In this document: piece by piece, positions 54,431 through 64,000 of the stretch | Layout: every line of letters begins with the position of its first letter | Numbering within the stretch: position 1 is the stretch's first letter | From: Lama guanicoe | Taxonomy: Eukaryota | Assembly (NCBI GenBank): GCA_013239625.1 | Contig: MU053792.1 | Span: forward strand, 1,010,112 to 1,074,111 | DNA length: 64,000 bases | Direction of reading: 5' to 3' | The notes under the pieces: model-generated | Databases searched by the model: none | Told to the model about the DNA's origin: nothing | Seen by the model: only the letters and a program-made list of their open reading frames with translations | Made by a program: the position numbers and the translations under genes

Positions 54431-55622
54431 CGTATATTTTCTTAAACACCAAAGTCCCTCAAAACCCCAAGAAATTTCCCTACTCATGTTGTGGCCCTCA
54501 ATTGCCATTATTCTCCTATTTATTTCTCCTAAAAAGAAACAAAAATATTCTTTGTCCATTAATATTTGATTTAAATTTAGCATCTCATAAATTAAAGCTG
54601 TTTTTATTCACGTTCAAGATATAAGGCTGATTCTTAATAACAAAAAGATCGCTTTACTATTGTTCTGCTTTCGGAGTTTTTTTCCTCTATGTTTTTCTAC
54701 TTTTTCAGCATGTTTTTTAGTTTGATTAAAGTGCGGCAAAGTGTGTCTCATGTCATCCATGCCCTAGTACTAGGAAATATTCTCATATATCTTTGTGCAT
54801 TAATAGTACTGGCCCTTCCTTCTCCTTGGAGGGGTGAAAGGGGCTTCATTCTAATAGAATTTGGAAATGGTGTCAGAATCCAAGGTTTCGTTGCTATAGC
54901 AACAGAGAATAATGGAAAGACTAATGTCAAACACATACACTGTTGCCATAGTGACAATCAGTTGCCTTACAAAATATGTTTACTGTTACATTCTGGTTCT
55001 ATTTTTAAAATATGCTTATCTATATGAATGCTCCAAAAGGGGATAAACAGTTCAAAATGATTTAAGAAAGATTCAAACTCTTCAAGAGATGAAAGAAATT
55101 TGTTTCACTGTCCATTATTTAATGATAAACCCACAGAGTCCACAAATAGCCTACAAGGGAAATAAAAATAATCATTTCTATTCAAGTAACTATTCTTCCT
55201 CTTGTCAGTCAGAGAAATTGAAGCATGGAGTTTAAGACATGAGTGTATTGTCATTTCATGCTATTTCAAATCATTTTTTCTGAGCTTCTGAAAATAAGAA
55301 ATTCTGCCACGTTGAAGTGGAATACTTTTTAAGCAGTAGCACTTGAGTAGGGGCACGTGCCCGCCGGATAGCTGAGCCCGAGACAAAATCATTAAAGCAG
55401 GCAATAATTTATTTTAGCCTCTTTAATGATCTTTCTTTTCCGTTTCGCAGACTATTCTCCTAGCTGACAAAACATTCTCATAATAGTAAGTCATCAAGCC
55501 CTCCCCATCCCACAACTTCCTTGTAACCTTGATTTGTACCTTTCTCTTCCTCTTCCTATAATTACTTCTATTTGACTAAAGCTGGGGAGGACAGCCCTCA
55601 TTTTGCCATTGAAAATGCAGTT

Positions 55623-56768
55623 CCCTTTTTCAATTAGGCTTTTTATTTTAATGTTGAGTTTTATGAGCTGTTTATATATGTTGGATATTAACCCCTTATT
55701 GGTCATATCATTACAAGTATTTTCTCTGTCAGTGGGTTGCTTTTTGTCTTGTCAATGGTTTCCTTTGCTGTGCAGAAGCTTTTAAGTGTAATTAGGTCTG
55801 ATTTGTTTATTTTTACTTTTATTTCTTTTGTTTTAGGAGACAGAACTGAATAGATGTTTCTTCCAAAGAGGAAATGCAGGTGGCCAATTGGCACATGAAA
55901 AGATGCTCAACATCACTAATCATCAGGGAACTGCAAATCAACACCACAGTGAGATGTCACCTCATACCGGTCAGAGTGGCCATCATCAAATAGATCACAA
56001 ATAATAACTGTGGTGAGCATGTGGAGAAAAGGGAACCCTGGTGCACTTTTGTTGGGACTGTAAATTGGTGCAGCCACTGTGGAAAACAGTATGGAGGGCG
56101 CTCCAAAAACTAAAAATAGAACTACGATATGACCCAGCAATTCCACTTCTGGGCATATATCTGAAAAAAATGAAAACAACACCAAGTCAAGAAGGTGCAT
56201 GCACCCCACTGTTCATAGAAGCATTATTTACAATTGCCAAGATACGGAAACATCCTGAGTATCCATCAACAGATGAATGAATAAAGAAGATGTGAGATAC
56301 AGGCATATAGAAATACACACACACACAATGCCACACTATTCAGCCATAAAAAAGAGTGAAATGTTGCCATTTGCAGCAATGTGGATTGACTTGGAGAGCA
56401 TTACACTAAATGAAATAAATCAGACAGAAAAAGACAAATACTCTGTGTTACCACTTACATGTGGAATCTGAAAAATACAGCAAACTAGTGAATATAACCA
56501 AAAAGAAGCAGACTCACAGATGCAGAGAACAAACTAGTGGTTTACCGGTGGGGAGAAGGGCAAGATAGGGGTAGGGGAATAAGAGGTACCAACTATTAGG
56601 TATAAAATAAGCTGTAAGGATATATTGTACATGGGAAATAGAGCCAATATTTTATAAAACTATAAACAGAGTATAATCTTTTAAAACTGTAAAAAAACAA
56701 AAAAAACCCACAAGTAACCCGTTACATACATACATACATAATTTATTTAAAAAAAAAGAAAAAAGAAA
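55623..56768 (+). mobile_element. Twin-primed (5'-inverted) L1 insertion
   Basis: Perfect TSD GAAAATGCAGTT (55611-55622, 56769-56780). Antisense ORF2 piece 55623-~55842, then a sense ORF2 end and 3'UTR. Confidence 0.92.
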
Positions 56769-57303
56769 GAAAATGCAGTTGCTAGCACAATGCCTGGCTC
56801 AGAGCAGAGCACAATGAATATGAACTGAATGAATGTGCTTCCATCAAACAGTAGCCTTTGTTTTTGTCTTTCTGAGATCTACTAGATGGCTGAAACACCA
56901 AATTTAAAGTTACATGTAAATAGACCGTAATGGCCTAATGGGTTACTTTTCTCAAAGGATAATCTCCTTTAGAAATGACTGGTATTTATAGGTTAATTCA
57001 GGAGGAGGAAGTTGTTGGGAAATACAGATGCATGTATTCTACAGAAGCAATGTGTGCGATGGTAGTTAAATTTCTGGGTTGACCAACAAAAATTCATATA
57101 ATGCCAAATGTGCCTGAACTATACAGATAATAGTCTGACTTCCATCATTTCTAGTCTCTTTCATAAAATTACTTCAATTGTTCAAAATGAACTTCCATTG
57201 ACATTTCAGGATCTTAGGAGCTTGGCTCTACCAGCCAATAATGGTAATTCTGGCAACAGAAGATATCCTTAGGTGCCAGTAATGTGCTGGTTAACTATAC
57301 TTC

Positions 57304-57737
57304 TGCAGTGGGCAGGGTCCTGTTCCCTGAAAGGTGTCCACAGCCTAATTCCCAGATCATATGAATATGTTACCTTACATGGCAGAACAGATGTCCTACG
57401 TGTGATTAAGGATCTGGAGATGGGGAGATTATTATGCATTAATTCGGTGGACCCAGTTTAATCATGAGAGTCCTGATAAGTGAAAGCGAGGAGGAGAGTG
57501 TCACAGTGATGGAGAGTGTGAAGGCCTGACTAGACATTGCTGGCTTTGGAGAAGTAGTAAGGGAGCCATAAGCCAAGGATGGTGGGGAGCCTCCAGAAGC
57601 CAGAAAAGGCAAGGGAATGGATTTAACCCAGTGACTTCAATTTGGGGATTCTGACCCCCAGAATTATAAGAGAATAAATCTGTGTTTTGAGCCATCATGT
57701 TTGTGTTTTTGCTAGAGTGGCCATAGGAAACTAATAG
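57304..57737 (+). mobile_element. MLT1D-like MaLR LTR
   Basis: gaatatgttaccttacatggcag...gtgattaaggatctggagatggggagattat...agaataaatctgtgttttgagcca...taggaaactaata. Confidence 0.85.
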
Positions 57738-59490
57738 GCAACTTCCACAACTACATGAAGGAAATGAGCTCTCAAGAGCAGTGGTTTGGAAAGGCTTTTG
57801 ATTTGGCCCCCTTAAATTCCATTTTAAAACTTTTCTCTTACCCACTGCAGCTATCCTTACTTTTTAGTGAGCAAAAAGAACTTTAATCATATTGAAAACG
57901 TACAAAGTAATACTAAAAATGAGAATCATCATTAAAAGAAAAAAAATCAGCAAAAGTAAAAATTTTACAAGACATTAATAAGTTAACAACAATCAAAATC
58001 TACAACCAGATTAGACCAACACAGATAATTCAATAATAACAATTTTCCCTCTAGAAAATTTTGGGAATTCCAAAGATCTGCATATGCCCAGACACAAAGA
58101 GGAAGTTTGCAGTGTTGCCAAGAACTTTGTGAAGTCAGACCCTCAGTGAACTCATCATGTGCTACTTTTAGCTTAAAAGCATTAAATTTTATTAACCTTT
58201 AATAACAAACTCTGTAGGCTACTCGAAATTAGCCCTTATCCATATGAAAATTAGCTCTTATCCATATAAATAGGGCTTTTGAAGTGGCTCTTAAGAACCA
58301 AAAAACAGCCCTTGATTTGGAAAGCCTCTAAGACAGGAGGGGATCACACTTTGAGAAACACTGGATAATCATTCTTACAGCAACGATCATACAGTTGATT
58401 AGAGAGGAAATACTTACTATGTGCGTAAGATGAGTAACTGTGAAGAGGGGTTGAAAGAAGGTGAAAGAAAATAACTTCAAATTTTGATTCTTGAGAGATG
58501 ATCCCGTTAATTGTGCACGCCATCGTAAACTGATTCTTTTTCTTGGAACACTTTGGTTTAGACTTTTATTTTTCATTCATCTCATCATGTTTCAAAATAT
58601 ATCTCTATAAGGAATATGATACTATCATGACTTAATCTAGGTTTAACAACTAACAAACCTTACAGTTTAATCTAGGTATTAGAGTTACCCTATTAGACAC
58701 AAATACCTTAGTTGTGATGCTGTATTTTCAAAAGGCTCCATAGAAAACTGGTAGCAGATGTTCCAGATATTAAGGCGGGGGCCACTGGGTCACAAGAGTG
58801 AAAGTTTCTTACAGGTGAACTACTTGAAATAATTTAATGAATGTTTGAATCCCATCTACCCAGCTACCTACCACTAAGAACTTTCTACCTAAATATTCCC
58901 GATTCCTTTAACTAATTTTCAAAACAGGATTTCAAGCCTCTTCATACCTTGGCCCTTTAGAATACTTCTAGCATTCTTGTTTTAAATGTGATATCCAATA
59001 TTCTAGATATAAAATGGGACCTCCCCATAGCAGAACGATCAAACCATCATTTTCCTTATTAATAAAGGCTAAGGTTATATTGATCTGCTGTCTATTTCGA
59101 TTGCCACATTTATTCATTCAACAAAAATGTATTAGGAATCTACCATGTGAACAACAACCAAAAAGAAAAAAGAATCCCTGCTTTCACAGAGTTTATACTC
59201 CGTGACCCATATCACTGACTTATAAATGTGTAAGTCCTAAATTCATTTTTAATTTATTTTAAATCTACTCAGTGAGGTTCCCACCAGCTTCACACCCCCT
59301 TTAAGCCACAGCTTGTGCACGAGATGTTTGCTTCTGCTCTGTTCTTGAAAACATCTTTAAAGTTTTCATAGCTTACCCTCTGTGAGAGTTGCCATTCTTT
59401 CACAATAAACAGACCTTTAACTGAAAACATTTTTATCCAGATTTTGCGCTTGCCATTAACGCAAAACTACTTACTATTTCCGTTCCTTAC

Positions 59491-60292
59491 TGAGAACAAT
59501 AACAACAAGTGTGAATGAGCAGAACTATAGTGAGATGTCTTAGAAAACTAAATAACAGCAACAAAAAAAGATCCAGCCTCAGCACTTTGAGAATGATGAA
59601 AAGAAGACATTGTGCCCAAATGCAGGAAGCTAAGCGTTGCTTTGTAGTTAACTGCCAAAATGAACAGCAGTGCGTTACTGAAGGAGCAATAATAAAATGG
59701 CCACGCTCAGGCCAGCCAACTCTTGGCTTTCTGCTGACTGCTTGCTTTTAGAACAATCAGCAAACCTGCCTGACCGGACACGACTCCCAGCCCCAGGCCC
59801 GTTGTCAAAGCTCAAGTTACTGATTTCGCTGTTCGTCTCACCTCACTCTGGCAATTGAAATTTACAGTCATGTCTGGATGCTGAGTCATTCCCCCAGGAA
59901 GGGAGTCACGGGAAGTTGCTTTGAGGAGAACGACCAGACCCTCTGAAGTTCCTCCTGGCGTCTGATGAGTCTGATCAGATAAAGAAGGTCACGGGCTGAT
60001 GACCCTCCAGACCATTGGACGGTCCCATGATGCGGGATGGACTTGCTGAGATTCAGGAGGGAGCTTCACCAGAGACCCTTGCTGATTAATATCACATTTT
60101 ATGCCCCAATTTGTTCACTGTATAATCACTAAGCCCCAATCCTAAGACAGGTTCACAGTTTTGAAGGCACTAGCCCGCTGTGAGTCCTCTTTGCCTGGCA
60201 AAGCAATAAAGCTGCCTCTTCTTCTTAAACTCTAAGACCCTGCCTCTGTGCCGTTTGGCTCGTCAGGGACAGGGGCCGATCTTTCGGCAACA
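59491..60292 (+). mobile_element. ERV1-type solo LTR (5' boundary approximate)
   Basis: TG...CA ends (TGAGAAC..., ...ttcggcaaCA) with flanks ttac/ctac. TATA-like tgtataatc, and ctttgcctggcaaagcAATAAAgct. Confidence 0.7.
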
Positions 60293-61049
60293 CTACTGAG
60301 GACAATTATTAAGAAGCACATCACCCAGCATTCTCTATGTTGGCTATTTGATTACACTTGTTTTCATTCATGCATGTGGACTTTAAACATTATTTTAAAT
60401 TATGCTATAAAGAAAGCTGAACATGTTTTTTGTTTTATGCAGGACACAAAATGGTTTTGCAGCATCAGACTAAAGTAATAACTTTTTTCAAGGCACTTTT
60501 CAAAAGCATCAGTCACTACTTTTGCTTAGGAAGCAAGAATCCCTAAGGTCCTTTGATTCAACATAAACTAATCCACCAGCTGTATCTTACAGCTAACAAA
60601 GGAAGGGAACATTTTGCATGACTGGTTGTATTTCTCCCTCACCCCCAGATCTAATCAGTCTTTCTGATTGTCCTTCTCTGGTGTTTTTTTCAAAACTGTT
60701 ACATTCTGTCTCCTCTGTGTCTTGGTTCTCACAGCTTTTGCTCATAGAAAGGTATGATCTTAATAACCCCCGTGCTCCAATCCATCCTGTTCACTGCTGT
60801 CAAGAATCTCATCTCGAAGCATAGATCCCATATTGTTACAAGGGACAACTTCTTCCTCAAAAACCTCTACCTCTCATGCTGTGTCCTGTTGTTCTTTTCT
60901 GTACCAACATCTCATTTACGGCTTCTGAGCAGTAATTTACAAGGTAATTTTTATTTCATGTTCTTATCACTAACGAGCCATTTCCCCCCACCCATACCTT
61001 CTATCGAGTTTTATACACGTGGGGACTTCTGTCTGCTTGCGTAGGGGAG

Positions 61050-61526
61050 AAGAGGGGGTGAGGGAAGGTGCGGGGTCTTACGTGCTTTTTGAATTGTACT
61101 GTACGCTAATGAATGTGTTGGGTTTCTGTCTCTTTGGCAGTTTGTGTGCTTTATACAGTAACCAGACCTCAGAAGACACAGGAATGCCTGCTCAACTGAA
61201 AGGAGCAATTTTCTCCTGGCGCCAGCAAGGTAACTCCTTAGGAGATAAAATTCCTTTCTCAATCCTGTAAGGCGTCAGGATGACCCAATCACTCACCTTG
61301 AATGTGCAGATCTGGACTATGTAAACTGTCAGCGTGTTGCTTTGATGTGTAACGCTTTGTCTCGGAATGTATACAACAGTGCTTTGACCTCTAGTGGGCA
61401 GAACAGTCCTAAGAGCTTTCTGAAAGACTGTCTCCCGGGTTAACCTCCCTGAAGGTTCTCAGGCTGACTCCAGTAAAATTCTCTATTTCTTTTTTAGATT
61501 GACTATTATTTAATTTTTCATCTACG
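61050..61526 (+). mobile_element. MER34-like ERV1 LTR remnant
   Basis: ctttgtctcggaatgtatacaac...agctttctgaaagactgtctcccgggtta...tagattgactattatttaatttttc. Confidence 0.5.
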
Positions 61527-61997
61527 GTATCTTACACAAGCCTTGAAAGTTGATAAAAAGTGTAGACAGGACAGTAAAGTCTCCCTGACAAGGAGAAAAG
61601 AAACAAACTCGGGGACAATACAGAAGGAGAAGGTTAAGTGGGAAATGGTGAGAGACCAGCAGGCAGACTTGGAGATCTGGTGTGGGGCCAGCTGGGCTGG
61701 TTAGACGAGTGGGCGTCAGCACCACAGCAACACAAGGATTTACAGTAGAAGCTGTGTTAAAAGTAGGTTTGAGCCATTTCTTTAAGCGTAATTAAATCAG
61801 GGTGGTTAGGAAAAGCAGTGCAAAATACTACAATCCATGGTTGTATTAGAAATTTAACCAGATGGATATATTTAAAAGCCGTTATAATGCAAGGTTAAAG
61901 CCATAGGCATTTGTTGAATCTTTTTTGTTGTTTTTCCTTTGGTCCAGTTTGGTGCAGTGGAGACGTCACTGGATAGAAATTAAGAGAGAACTGAGTT

Positions 61998-62595
61998 TGT
62001 GGAAGATTATGTTTTCCAAAGGTGACCACAACAATATCTCCCACCCCGCACATTCTTCTACAACGTGACCTTGCCACTCCCTGATTAAGAGAGGGGGTCT
62101 CTGGCTCCTCTTCCCTGAATTTGGGCAGGTCCAGTGACAGCCTTGACCCAAAACAAGACAAACAGAAATCCCCAATCACAACAATAAGAAAAGCAGCAGA
62201 AACAACACTGTGCCAGTCCCAGCCATAACCCTTAGCTGGCAGCTTCCATTTCTGCCTCTGGCAAGGCAGCCACCGTATCAGAAGTGTGACCACTCTGATA
62301 CCACTAAGTGTGTGAGCAGTCTACACACGGAGAGGTCCTGTAGGATATGTGATGCGGAGTTAGAAAGACACCATGAAGCTCTGAGGTGGCACATGTGCGT
62401 GAAGAAACCATTTTGGAAGTTGAATCCTCAGCTCCTTCTCCCAGCTGGTGCATCAAGGATCAGAAACAAACCACAGAGCCACACCCTTCTGAAATTCCCC
62501 ATCCACAAGGGAGGAGGGGTTGGGCAGACACAATGGTAGTTCTAAACCATTAAATTTGGGGGTCTTTTGTTACACAAAAATAGATAACCAAAATA
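61998..62595 (+). mobile_element. MLT1E/F-like MaLR LTR
   Basis: tgtggaagattatgttttccaaaggtgaccacaacaatatctccc...tggcagcttccatttctgcctct...ttgttacacaaaaatagataacc. Confidence 0.85.
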
Positions 62596-63549
62596 GGGGT
62601 TTTGTTCCATTTCTAGCATTTAATAATCCAGTGACTAAAGAAGGTTTTCACCCACCTCTATAAGGTGTGAACACTGATTCTTGTCTGTCTACCTCATGTA
62701 CTTGCTGTCACGTTCAAAAAAGATAAATACGTGAAAGCGCCTTGGAGGCAAGATATAATTATTGTTCCTTGAAAAATGTCTGTGTGTCTTTATTGCTGAT
62801 TTGTGTTTGCCCATGTAGGTACGGGCAAATTTTCATTACCTCTGTTCTTTTCAATTATGAGCATGGATATTTGAGATTAGATCACCGTATTCCCTTTGTG
62901 GTAGCTTTCAATTTAGGTGGACTAGCTTTTTATTAAACATAGAAATGATTCTACTATGTTATTTTATAACAATCTTTTAAGCAATTACTAGCGTTTTTCA
63001 TTCCAAATAGACTTTACATTTTGGTCCAATATGATTAGAAAGCATCCCACATTTTTTCTTAAGTTATCAAAATGATTTTCTAATTATCTGACCAAGTCAC
63101 AAAGTCTTAAAGGAATTCTATGGTTCATTGTTTCTTGACTAAGGTAATTTAAAAGAGGAGATAAAAATCAATTGTGCGTCTCTGAATAATAGAAAAGCAA
63201 AGGAGAAATCAAAGTAGCAGTAAAATTGTATTGGCTGTTTTCCTTTCTATAGAGCAAGCATATTTCTAATTTATAGTCAGCTGAGCGACTCAGTCTTCAG
63301 AAATGGTCAATAACATAGTCATTCTCAAACTTTGAGGCATTCTAGCTAATGACGCAAGGGCTCCCTTTTCAATAATTCACATGGATAATAATCTTATAAT
63401 GTTGAACTAAGGCTATTTTTTTCCTAGTAAATTAGAAAACATTGATCAAATAAAGTTTCACAGCTATGCTACTTCCAACTATGATTTCTTGGAATTAAGT
63501 GTTTTAGTCAATTTAATAATCTGGTTAAGAAAAAATTTTGTAAGAGCTG

Positions 63550-63730
63550 TGTGGGTTCAAGAAAATAGTTTCAGGTTCTGTCCTGAGATCTTCTTACCAG
63601 TTGCGTGTCTTCGGACAAGGTGTACAACCATCTATACCTCAGTTTACTCATCTTGTAATTCATAAAACGGAGATTATGGTATCTACAGGATTAGAGTATA
63701 ATGATTAATAAGAAATGTAAATAAAGTCCC
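63550..63730 (+). mobile_element. MIR SINE
   Basis: accagttgcgtgtcttcggacaagg...ctatacctcagtttactcatc. Confidence 0.6.
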
Positions 63731-63909
63731 TATTATTATGCTTTATGTCGAGGTGCTTTGGTTGGAATCTGTTGCTTTGGTATCTATCTTGGAGGCAGGA
63801 CTGGCTGTTTTGCTGGCTATGTCACTAATATCACCCTTGTCACTTCTATAACTACTGTCATCAACCTTACTCCTTCTTATTGCCTCTGATGGGTCAGGGG
63901 CAGACCTTC

Positions 63910-64000
63910 TGTAACAGAGGAGAGCAAGTCTGACTCCACATTGGGTCTGTTCCTTTAGTGTTAACCACTGTGCCCTGTTTTCCAGGCTTAGTCTTGCCAG
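63910..64000 (+). mobile_element. Start of an ERV1-type LTR, cut by the window edge
   Basis: TGTAACAGAGGAGAGCAAGTCTGACTCCACATTGG, a typical LTR 5' end. Confidence 0.5.

Noticed and set aside
58283..58302. gtggctcttaagaacc, resembling an antisense histone stem-loop
   Set aside because: Stem and loop do not match the consensus, and no histone coding remnant is adjacent.
54430..64000. Exons of a further neighbouring gene
   Set aside because: No convincing coding exon or recognisable peptide. The region is mostly LTR, L1 and MIR sequence.

Overview
AT-rich mammalian genomic DNA. No Alu, B1, CHR, Bov or CAN SINEs were seen. The many young L1 3' ends resemble camelid-type L1s, so the species assignment is an inference. 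Two genes lie tail-to-tail. (1) The 3' end of GRIA4 (AMPA receptor GluA4) is on the + strand: the flip exon (3065-3179), the M4 exon with alternative donors giving the long GluA4 and short GluA4c tails (5412-5546/5659), and the last coding exon (9560-9724). Its ~2.4 kb 3'UTR probably ends in a LINE-2 tail near 12.1 kb. (2) The complete MSANTD4 gene is on the - strand: 345 codons in two coding exons (36441-35980 and 35101-34526), a CpG-island promoter at ~43.2-44.1 kb and polyA signals at ~32.9 kb. The rest is mostly transposon fossils (L1, L2, MIR, MLT1/MER21/ERV1 LTRs, hAT elements), including nested and twin-primed insertions. I found no new protein-coding system. The best leads are regulatory: a near-consensus L2 tail in the GRIA4 3'UTR that combines the polyA signal with extended complementarity to L2-derived miRNAs, a hairpin at the flip-exon acceptor, a perfect four-unit heat-shock element in the last GRIA4 intron, a uORF-skipping acceptor in MSANTD4, and an RFX X-box cluster upstream of MSANTD4.
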